Positions 36,335-45,208 of a stretch of 64,000 nucleotides of DNA are shown in pieces (position 1 is the stretch's first letter; each line of letters begins with the position of its first letter). The translations under genes were made by a program, and so were the position numbers. The DNA comes from a bacterium (GTDB lineage: Bacteria; Patescibacteriota; Dojkabacteria; B142; OLB20): positions 117,692 to 181,691 of the forward strand of contig JAJTYI010000006.1 of the NCBI GenBank assembly GCA_021463645.1. The letters are read 5' to 3'. The notes under the pieces were generated by a model, which saw only the letters and a list, made by a program, of their open reading frames with translations, ran no database searches and had not been told where the DNA came from.

Positions 36335-38473
36335 TTAAATCTTCTCCAGCCTCACATACTCCAAAGCTAGTTCTTTTAGACCAGCGGAAAACCTAATCAA
36401 AACGACGAAATTATCAATATCAACCACCTCCCCTACTCCGAAAATTTCGTGTTTTACAAGATCGCCTTTGCTTATGTCAGTAGTTGGTTTAAATTCATCA
36501 ACTTCGTCTACATCAGACCAGCCAGAAAAAGCGTCTTTTTTCTTTTCGGCGAAGGTATTACAATATATGAGCAATTGTTCAGGTATGTCGTCAATGAACC
36601 TCGAAACCGGGTTGGAGTTTCTCGATCCGAAATACATTCTGGATTCTGCATGTGAGACGTATACTTATTTCTTAGCTCTCGTGACGGCAACATAAGCTAG
36701 TCTCCTCTCTTCTGCAAGTTCTTGAGGATCATATTTCGAATTCGCATGTGGGAAAAGGTTTTCTTCCATCCCGGCGATAAATACATGTTCAAATTCCAGT
36801 CCTTTGGCAGCGTGGACTGTCATGAGTGTGATATGCTCTTCTTCGTCTTTGGTTGCCTCGTAACTGCTCTCAATCAAAGCAATTTCCTCCAAAAACTTTT
36901 CTAAACCGGTCATATAGTCTAGCTGGTCAAACTTTTTTGCAAGAGATTTTAACTCTTGGATATTTTCTAATCTTGTTTCCCCTTCTGATGTTTGTTGCAA
37001 TTCGGCTTTGTAGCCAGTAAATTCGATAACGTCTTCAATCAGCTCTGATACGGGTTGTTTGCTACTCAAATCTATCAATTTTGCTACAATTCGTGCAAAA
37101 TCTTGAAGTGATTTAGGTAGTTCATCAGGAGAAGTCTTCTGAGTGTCTAGTAAGTATTTTAATAAACTTTTGCGTTGTTCATTTGCAAGTAAAGTGAATT
37201 TTTCGATTGTTTTTGCACCTACTCCACGTTTTGGGACGTTAATTATTCTTTGTAGGCCAACTGTGTCATCGGGATTAAACAAAATCCTTAAATATCCAAG
37301 TACATCTTTAACCTCTGCACGATTATAGAACCTAACTCCTCCAACGATTCTATAGTTCACATTGGCTGTCAGTAGAGCTTCTTCGAGGTTTCGAGACATT
37401 GCGTTTGTCCTATACAAAACTGCGATTTCACTAGGGCTTATATTGTTTAGGATTAATTGACGTACTTCTTGGCTAATCCACTCTGCTTCGTCTTTTTCGT
37501 CTATCGCTTCATAAATCATAATTCCTTCTCCGTCGGAGTTTTCGGTCCAAAGTACTTTTTTCTTCTGTTCTGGGTTTTTGCTAATAATCTGGTTAGAAGC
37601 TTCTAGGATTTTCTTGGTTGATCTGTAATTTTGCTCAAGTTTTATAATCTTCGCCTTTGGGTAATCTTTCTCAAAACTCAGTATATTTGTAATATTTGCC
37701 CCTCGAAAGCTATAAATCGACTGAGCATCATCCCCTACTACGCATATGTTTTGGTTCTTATCAGCTAATAATTTTGAAAAAACATATTGCGCATTATTCG
37801 TGTCTTGATACTCGTCAATCAGTATGAATTTGAATATATTCTGATATTTTTCCAAGATTTGTGGATTTTTCTGAAAAAGCTCAACTGTTTTCATTATCAA
37901 GTCGTCAAAGTCAAGTGCAGAGTTCTCACCAAGCATGTCTTGGTAGATTGGATAAACTTCAGCAACAATTTGCTCAAAATATCCTCTTGCCATTGATTTA
38001 TATGCTTCTGGGGTGATAAGTTCTGACTTTGCTGAGGAAATCATTGATAATACAGCGTTCGGATTAGTTTTTTTATCGTTAAGGTTTAATTTCTTCAATA
38101 CTTTTCTGACTACGTCCTTCTGATCGGTGGTGTCGTAAATACTGAAGTATCTGCTAATCCCAATTTCCTGACCATCCCTTTTTAATATCTGTACACATAT
38201 TGCATGGAAAGTTCCCACCCAGGGTAAGAAAACCTTTTCAGAACCGGGTTTAAGCTTTAGTAATTGAACGATTCTCTCTTTCATCTCGTTGGATGCTTTA
38301 TTCGTAAAGGTTACCGCCAGAATATTGTCAGAGGTTGCGTGGTGGTGTTCTATCAAGTATGCAATCCTTTGGGTAAGTGTACGCGTCTTTCCACTACCCG
38401 CTCCTGCAAGTATCAATATCGGTCCATTTACCGTTTCCACGGCTATTTTTTGTTGTTCGTTAAGGGAGTTCAT
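36335..38473 (-). pseudogene. pcrA: PcrA/UvrD-type superfamily-1 DNA helicase interrupted by a single in-frame TAA (36665-36667)
   Basis: Motif I AGAGSGKT, motif II DEYQDT, and ...RLAYVAVTRAKK, then TAA. The same frame continues VYVSHAESRMYFGSRNSNPVSRFIDDIPE... into the 100-aa ORF 36335..36637, which is the helicase C-terminal domain. Confidence 0.8.
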
Positions 38474-38517
38474 AGGTATCTATTGTACTGGATAAATTCT
38501 TGTTGAGGAAATAGATT

Positions 38518-38547
38518 TTGACAAATTAATTCGTTTACCTGTAGAAT
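38518..38547 (+). promoter_or_regulatory. sigma-70-type promoter for ORF 38577
   Basis: TTGACA (38518-38523), an 18-nt spacer, and TAGAAT (38542-38547). Confidence 0.45.
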
Positions 38548-38576
38548 CGGGCAATTCGAAATTAAATCAATTAAAG

Positions 38577-38978
38577 ATGGGAAATACAGAAAATTGGCAA
38601 TTTAATACAAGAGATGGTCTAAAAACTGTATATACTTTTGGTTTAGATGCAACTGAACAATTCCTTATCCAGTGCAGGACGATGGAGTATACAGACGGTA
38701 GCCAAGCAGAATATAAATACAATTTAACAAAAGCGGAATTCGAAACCACTTTAGTTGAACCTGATGGAAGAAAATCGGTTTCAATAATTAATAGTCATAC
38801 GGGTAGGGCATATACTACAGTATTCGAATGTGATGGTTCTTCTTCAGGCCAACCTATAAATGAAGAGGACATTCAAGAGATACTTGTCCAATGGAGAAAG
38901 TTGATTTTAAGTCCGGGCATCGCTTTCCAAACATCCGAGGTTTACCTCCGCGGCTTAAAAGTCTTCCCACAACCCTGA
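38577..38978 (+). CDS. hypothetical protein (no signal peptide or TM)
   Basis: 133-aa ORF with its own promoter. No family recognised. Confidence 0.45.
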   Translation: MGNTENWQFNTRDGLKTVYTFGLDATEQFLIQCRTMEYTDGSQAEYKYNLTKAEFETTLVEPDGRKSVSIINSHTGRAYTTVFECDGSSSGQPINEEDIQEILVQWRKLILSPGIAFQTSEVYLRGLKVFPQP

Positions 38979-38997
38979 CTACGTAGTTTCGCTTTTC

Positions 38998-39028
38998 TTG
39001 ACACAATTCTTAGGATATGTGATAAACT
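38998..39028 (+). promoter_or_regulatory. sigma-70-type promoter for ORF 39067
   Basis: TTGACA (38998-39003), a 19-nt spacer ending in TGa, and TAAACT (39023-39028). Confidence 0.4.
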
Positions 39029-39066
39029 ATATATTGGTTATATCTAGTTGATGTTTATAATTTAAA

Positions 39067-39459
39067 ATGAGAAATTTGAAACATTACAATAGAGCACTAT
39101 TTCTTGCTCTTGGGTTATTACTTGCAGCCTGTGGTGGAGAAGGTTCAGGGGTTATTCCTGAAATGAAGATAGAAATAAGGGATAGTAGAAGACATCCAGG
39201 TACAACAGAAACAATTAGCGTAGATTCTACAATATGTCCAGATGGTAGATTTAAAGTGACCGAGCTTGATACAAGTGGGATCACATTAATGGGTCCAGAG
39301 GGGGAACAAAAATGGGAACCCAGGGAACCATTTTATTTAGATTGTGGAAAGGGATTAACATACGAAATGATAAATCGAGCAGATGGAAGTGATCCGTTCA
39401 TTCCTGGACTAGGAGAGGCGAGGATTACTCCATTTTATCCTTCTAGCACAGGTGGATGA
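39067..39459 (+). CDS. hypothetical lipoprotein
   Basis: Signal peptide with lipobox: MRNLKHYNRALFLALGLLLAACGGEG (LLAAC). The mature part is about 105 aa with 3 further Cys. Confidence 0.6.
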   Translation: MRNLKHYNRALFLALGLLLAACGGEGSGVIPEMKIEIRDSRRHPGTTETISVDSTICPDGRFKVTELDTSGITLMGPEGEQKWEPREPFYLDCGKGLTYEMINRADGSDPFIPGLGEARITPFYPSSTGG

Positions 39460-39461
39460 AA

Positions 39462-41165
39462 TTATCTAATTTCGCCCAACTCCTGACTTAACTCCTGCAA
39501 CTTATCCAAAGCAGAATCGTCATCAGAATTTCGAAGCGCATTTAGCTGTCTTTTAATAAACAGCTTTCTTAATCTGTTCACGCTGGTCTCAAGTTCTTTC
39601 TCAAATTCTTCTTTGTGTCCGAATACTTCGATATCACTCATCTTGACGTTAACGAATATATCTTCGAACTCCGATGGAATTGTTTTATCCTTTATGACGA
39701 GGTCGAATAGGGTAGTATTGTTTTCGTTTTGAAATAGTTTCACGGGGTCGAGATTTTTCGCTAATTCTTTCCACTGAATATGTTGCACCAGAAGTGCCAA
39801 CAAATATGTCTCTTCATCCAATTTGAAAACTCGTTTGATCGGCAACGGTTTATTCTCTTGCGTATTAAAATTTTGACCCGCAGGTAGTTTCTTCAATTGA
39901 TCAAGCAAAGTATCTCTATCAACATTTGATTTTTTGGAAAGTTTTTCAATATAGTCGGATATCTCAATATCGTTTTCGATTTTGGTGATGTATGTCAATA
40001 TTTGTTTTACAAACACTGATTTTTGGCGACTATCTTCAAGATTGTAATTTTTTGAAAGCGTTTTAATCAGAAAATCGACAACTGGTTTTGCTTTTGAGAC
40101 GATTTTTTGCCAATCACCCCCACTAGTTATCATCTCGTCGACATCTTGATATTCTCCAATATCAATCGCGAGTGTTTGAAGTCCGACTTTTTCGGCAAGT
40201 TCGAGAGATCTCAGAAGCGCTCTTTGACCAGCACTGTCAGTATCAAAAGATAAATAGATCTTTGAACAATATCGCTTAAGAAGTTTTAACTGGTCTTCCG
40301 TGAGTGCAGTTCCAAGTGGTGCGACGATATTTTTCACACCTGCTTGATAAGACGAAATAATATCGATGTTTCCCTCAACGATTATTGCGAAATCTTCTTT
40401 TCTAACAGTCTCTTTCGCTTGATACAATCCGTAGAGAAGTTTACTTTTGTTGTAAACTGGGGTTTCGGGTGAATTTAAGTATTTTGGTCCTTTTTCGTTT
40501 TTATCAATCGCCCGACCACTAAATCCGACAATCTCTCCCTGATGGTCCATGATAGGGAACATCAGACGATTCCTAAATTTGTCATAAATTCGGTTGTTTT
40601 TCTCAACTAATAATCCCCAATCAACAAGATCTCTAAGCTCAAAACCTCTCTTCAAAAGGAAATTCTTAAGATTTTCAAAACCAACGGGAGCGAAACCAAG
40701 TTTGTAGGTTTCGATAGAGTGGGCTGTGAGTTTCCTCTTTTTGGCGTAATCGCGAGCAATTTTGCCGTTCTTATGTTTGGTCAGAAGATAATTGAAATAT
40801 TGGGCTGTTAATGTGTTTGCCTCAAGGATTTTTTGTTTTTTAGCGCGTTCTTTAGCTAACTTAGGATTGGTATTTTTCACAAGTGTGATACCCACTCTTT
40901 TGGCAGCATTTTCCAATGCGTGTGGAAAATCTAACCCTTCTATCTTTTCAATGAATTTAATCGCATCACCACCTTCGCCACAACCAAAGCACTTAAACAT
41001 ACCAAGCTCAGAATTTACCGAAAATGATGGGGATTTCTCTTGATGGAATGGGCATAGTCCAAAATAGTTTCTACCGGATTTCTTGAGCGAGGGGACATAT
41101 TCCTGGACAACTGAAACTATGTCCAGTCTTTCTTTTATTTCTTCAATTTGGCTTCGATCTGACAT
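39462..41165 (-). CDS. dnaG: DNA primase
   Basis: CHC2 zinc finger CPFHQEKSPSFSV...CFGCGEGGD. TOPRIM motifs (IIVEGNIDIIS, SFDTDSAGQ). Confidence 0.95.
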   Translation of the reverse strand: MSDRSQIEEIKERLDIVSVVQEYVPSLKKSGRNYFGLCPFHQEKSPSFSVNSELGMFKCFGCGEGGDAIKFIEKIEGLDFPHALENAAKRVGITLVKNTNPKLAKERAKKQKILEANTLTAQYFNYLLTKHKNGKIARDYAKKRKLTAHSIETYKLGFAPVGFENLKNFLLKRGFELRDLVDWGLLVEKNNRIYDKFRNRLMFPIMDHQGEIVGFSGRAIDKNEKGPKYLNSPETPVYNKSKLLYGLYQAKETVRKEDFAIIVEGNIDIISSYQAGVKNIVAPLGTALTEDQLKLLKRYCSKIYLSFDTDSAGQRALLRSLELAEKVGLQTLAIDIGEYQDVDEMITSGGDWQKIVSKAKPVVDFLIKTLSKNYNLEDSRQKSVFVKQILTYITKIENDIEISDYIEKLSKKSNVDRDTLLDQLKKLPAGQNFNTQENKPLPIKRVFKLDEETYLLALLVQHIQWKELAKNLDPVKLFQNENNTTLFDLVIKDKTIPSEFEDIFVNVKMSDIEVFGHKEEFEKELETSVNRLRKLFIKRQLNALRNSDDDSALDKLQELSQELGEIR

Positions 41166-41268
41166 TATTCAGGCTTTAATATGCTAATTTTAGCACGTGC
41201 ACAAAATGTTGGGATTAAACACAGCGAGAAATAGAATATAAATTGATAATCAGCTATAATCTGGAGTT

Positions 41269-43179
41269 ATGGATAAAGATAATCAATCAAAAAAAGTGGC
41301 GTTCTACAAAGATTCCACACATAAATTACTTGAACCAAATGCTTGGGATAAAGCAAAAGTTGTAGAGACAGAAATCTCTCGTATTTTGTCGGATACGTTG
41401 AACAACTGGAATAATGAAATCTCAGATTCTGAAATCCAATTATCAATACCAACAGAGCGGACTCATGGTGACTTTATGACAAATGTCGCTTTCCAATTAG
41501 CAGGGAAATTACATAGAAATCCGAAAGAAATCGCTAGTGAGATTATTGCAGAATTAGAAAAATCTACCGAACTGAAAGAATTTGTTGAGAAGATTGAACA
41601 AGCAGGTGCAGGGTTTATTAATTTCAGAGTAAGAAAATCAGTATTAATCAAACTAGTCAAAAATACTGTGAGTGATATTGATGAACAACTAGGAGTTCTT
41701 AAAGGGAAGAAGATAATGTTCGAATATGGCCATCCAAATCCATTCAAAATGATTCATATCGGCCATTTACGGAATTTTGTACTTGGAGAGTCTTTGATTA
41801 GAACACTTGAATATTTAGGGGCAGAGGTTATTAGAACAAATTATCAGGGTGATGTAGGAATGCATGTTGCAAAATCTGTATGGGGAATGAAGGAAAAATT
41901 AAAAAACGAGGAATTAAAGATAGAGGAGGTTTCTGAGTGGGAGTTAGGTCAGAGGGTGAAATTTATCGGAGAAGCATACGTCATAGGTGCAGCGGCATAC
42001 GAGAATGACGAAGTTAAAAAAGCCGAAATCCAGCAAATTAATACTGTAGTCTACACAGTAGTTCAAGAAGAACTTATCGGAAAGACAAATTGGACACCAA
42101 CGAAGAAATATTCTGATTTTTTAACTTCCGAAAATGACTTAGAAGAGATAAAAACACTTTGGGAACTGGGCAAACAATGGAGTTTAGACGAATTTCATAG
42201 AATATACGATATTTTGTATTCGAGCTTTGATCGTGAATATATGGAATCCGAGACTTTGTACGAAAGTGACATAGCTGTCAAAGAAGCCCTAGAAAAAGGT
42301 GTTTTGGAGAAAAGTGAAGGTGCTGTGGTATTCAAGGGTGAAAAATATGGACTTGATACTCGAGTGTTTATTAACTCTTTGGGATTGCCCACATATGAAG
42401 GTAAAGAGCTCGGATTGGCAAATCTGGAATTTACAGATTTTGGAGAGATAGATTTATGTATTCACAACGTTGCGATTGAACAAATTAGTTTCTTTAAGGT
42501 CACATTTAAAACTGAATCACTTTTAAATCCAGAAAAATTTGCTGGGAAACAGTACCATAATGCCTACGAATTTGTTGGACTGAAAAGTGGAAAAATGTCG
42601 TCACGAAAGGGTAGTGTGGTTCTTGCGAAAGATATTATCAACGAAGCGAAAGAAATGCTGAAACCTTACTTGGAAAATCGCGAAATGTCAGAAAGTGAGA
42701 AAGAAGACACATTACAAAAGATAGCGGTGGGTGCTATTAAATATTCGTTCTTAAGCATAAGTGCCTTTAAATATCTAGCATTTGATTTGGAGACAAGTGT
42801 CAATATGGAAGGGAATTCTGGTCCTTATGTTATGTATACATTCGCCCGAGCAAATAAAATCGTTAGAGATGCGAGAAGTCACTTTGAAGAAGGTGATTTA
42901 TCTTTATTGACGAATCCAGAGGAAGTCGATTTGATGAGAGTATTGGCAACTTTCCAGACACAGGTAATCGAAACAGCTAAAAACCTATCCCCGAACACGC
43001 TATGTAATTATGTTTATGACTTGGCACAAACTTTCAATGTGTTCTACAAAAAATATCCAATTCTTACGGAGAAAGACGAAAACATTAGGGATGCAAGGAT
43101 TAATCTTACAGAAAGTACAGCGAAAGTTCTTCGAAAAAGCTTAGAATTATTAGGTATCAAGACGGTAGAGAAGATGTAA
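41269..43179 (+). CDS. argS: arginine--tRNA ligase
   Basis: Class I HIGH-type motif PNPFKMIHIGHLRN, 636 aa, and an ArgRS-typical C-terminal helical anticodon-binding domain ending ...VEKM. Confidence 0.9.
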   Translation: MDKDNQSKKVAFYKDSTHKLLEPNAWDKAKVVETEISRILSDTLNNWNNEISDSEIQLSIPTERTHGDFMTNVAFQLAGKLHRNPKEIASEIIAELEKSTELKEFVEKIEQAGAGFINFRVRKSVLIKLVKNTVSDIDEQLGVLKGKKIMFEYGHPNPFKMIHIGHLRNFVLGESLIRTLEYLGAEVIRTNYQGDVGMHVAKSVWGMKEKLKNEELKIEEVSEWELGQRVKFIGEAYVIGAAAYENDEVKKAEIQQINTVVYTVVQEELIGKTNWTPTKKYSDFLTSENDLEEIKTLWELGKQWSLDEFHRIYDILYSSFDREYMESETLYESDIAVKEALEKGVLEKSEGAVVFKGEKYGLDTRVFINSLGLPTYEGKELGLANLEFTDFGEIDLCIHNVAIEQISFFKVTFKTESLLNPEKFAGKQYHNAYEFVGLKSGKMSSRKGSVVLAKDIINEAKEMLKPYLENREMSESEKEDTLQKIAVGAIKYSFLSISAFKYLAFDLETSVNMEGNSGPYVMYTFARANKIVRDARSHFEEGDLSLLTNPEEVDLMRVLATFQTQVIETAKNLSPNTLCNYVYDLAQTFNVFYKKYPILTEKDENIRDARINLTESTAKVLRKSLELLGIKTVEKM

Positions 43180-43187
43180 GGGGCGCA

Positions 43188-44963
43188 CTAAATAGTTTTT
43201 TCCGAATGTCTATTTTTGAAAGAATTTACTATCATACCTAAGAACAGGATTCCCGCTAATCCAATGAACCCAACTCCAACATAAATAACATATTGTGCAT
43301 TCTGGCTAATTACGGGGGGAATGTTTGCTGTTTGGATGCGAAGTGTTAACTCGTCAATTATTAACTCCAGTCTATTCTTATCAATTTTGGGGTATAGAAT
43401 TATTAATTCTTCGTGAGTTAATAATTCTGCACTCTCGACCATAGTTTCAATGGCGTCAATTTCGAACTGAGGTGCTTCTAGACCGACTTGTTTACCGTAA
43501 CTTGTGCGTTGAACTGAAGGTGGAGAATCTGGGTCGAGAGAGGCGATGTGAGTGTAAAAATGATTTAAGTCTCCTCCGATCAATGATGGTCCTGATTCAC
43601 CCCACGTAACATCAACACTTAACCACTCATTCATGCCTGGAAGATAGACCTGTACCCATTGATGTGCATCTTGTTGATTTTCTCCAATACGAGCATCATA
43701 GCCATATCCAAAAGCTGCCCTGGCAGGGATTCCTTGAGCTCTTGCCAATGTCAAAAACAAATCCGAATATTCCATACAAACTGCAGCGCCTCCTTGTAGA
43801 GTTTTCAACGCACCCTGTCTATCATTTATCCCAAAGCGTTTAATATCCGAATAGTCTATAGTGTCTACAATATGCGAATAGTTGGATTCAACAATAGAAT
43901 AAATATTTGTTTCTTCAGCTTTCAATTCATTAGCTTTGCTAATTATTTCTGGATTATCAACCTCCCAGAACTCAGCTGGCTGCAAATACTGTGAAAAAAT
44001 TGTGGAATCGATATCTGAAATTGTTCCGCTATTTTCAGGAGTTGCTTGTACTTCGACTTTGTCGACTTGTGCGTAACCCTCGATCAGAATAGTTTTATTT
44101 TCATGGCTAGGAATCTTAAATGTTGCGATTAAGTTCCCATCTTCGTCTTCAACAATTTGCTTTGGTAGCGGATCAAAAATTGTATAGAAAACTTTTTGTG
44201 TGGTTTCAGCTTCGTCAATATTTCTAGGTATCACTAGGTGGTATTCATTGGAGTACCCCTTGTTTATGGTGTCCGAAGCCATCACTTCTTGTTTGATGTT
44301 GAATTTATAATATTGTGTCTTTCCAATCTGAATCCATATTTTGCCTCCCACTAGACTCTCTTGTGAAATCTCATAAACAATAAACTCTCCGTCCGTGGTA
44401 GTATTGGCAGGGGAGGGGACTACAAAACCAACATCTCCGAGAGATTTATTAAGTCTTATTATAGTCTTGTAATTGTAACTAGTAGAATTGCTTTCGAATT
44501 GGTAGTTCTCACTAAAACCTGGGGCATATACATCTAAGAGAGCACCAGTTTTTTTAGACAGTCCTGTATTGGTGTATTCGATTTTAAATTGTTTTGATTG
44601 ACCAATTCCTATCGCTCCGTCATACGGAATATTGAGTTCGAGAGTATCAATCCCGGCATTCCCCTTGTTGTTTTGTACTAATCTGCCGTTAATGAAACTT
44701 TTTGCCGATAAAAACGAAGTAGTAAGCTGATCTGTGTTTTCACTTAGTACAATTATTTGGAAAGTTTCTGTATTGTCTGAAGATATAAGTCTATTTTGTG
44801 AAGCGTTCGTGATTTTCCTAGTCTCGGTAATGAAGATTTCGTTTGGAGAATTAATCTCGTAAATCTTTTCAATTTCTACATTAAAGTCAGCAGCAAATAC
44901 TTTTGCTTGAAAGCTAAAAAGAAAGAATATTGAAAATGCAATTATGAAAAATGCGAGCTTCAT
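43188..44963 (-). CDS. secreted/anchored transglutaminase-like domain protein
   Basis: Signal peptide, transglutaminase core GAAVCMEYSDLFLTLARAQGIPARAAFGYGY...HQWVQVYLPGMNEWLSVDVTWG (Cys-His-Asp), and a C-terminal TM. Confidence 0.7.
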   Translation of the reverse strand: MKLAFFIIAFSIFFLFSFQAKVFAADFNVEIEKIYEINSPNEIFITETRKITNASQNRLISSDNTETFQIIVLSENTDQLTTSFLSAKSFINGRLVQNNKGNAGIDTLELNIPYDGAIGIGQSKQFKIEYTNTGLSKKTGALLDVYAPGFSENYQFESNSTSYNYKTIIRLNKSLGDVGFVVPSPANTTTDGEFIVYEISQESLVGGKIWIQIGKTQYYKFNIKQEVMASDTINKGYSNEYHLVIPRNIDEAETTQKVFYTIFDPLPKQIVEDEDGNLIATFKIPSHENKTILIEGYAQVDKVEVQATPENSGTISDIDSTIFSQYLQPAEFWEVDNPEIISKANELKAEETNIYSIVESNYSHIVDTIDYSDIKRFGINDRQGALKTLQGGAAVCMEYSDLFLTLARAQGIPARAAFGYGYDARIGENQQDAHQWVQVYLPGMNEWLSVDVTWGESGPSLIGGDLNHFYTHIASLDPDSPPSVQRTSYGKQVGLEAPQFEIDAIETMVESAELLTHEELIILYPKIDKNRLELIIDELTLRIQTANIPPVISQNAQYVIYVGVGFIGLAGILFLGMIVNSFKNRHSEKTI

Positions 44964-45208
44964 TTTTTCAAGCTAAGGAATATATTAAATAATATCAGGA
45001 AATCCACCCGAAGTTACAGAGAACTTAAATAACCGAAGTGTCATAATCTTCGTAAATACTTATTTCCAAGTCGTTTACAAGGGATTCGTAACAACCTGGA
45101 TTTATTTAATTTTAAATATTACATTTCTTAAAATAGTGAATACTTTCAGTATTTCAACTGTTATGTTAAATTTATGTACAATTATTGACTAAAATATTTA
45201 CCAATAGC

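Noticed and set aside
38577-39459. Elevated GC as proof of horizontal acquisition of the two-gene islet
   Set aside because: My hand counts per 60-nt line range from 27% to 48% within the islet, which overlaps the range elsewhere. The compositional argument is not robust without a proper windowed calculation.
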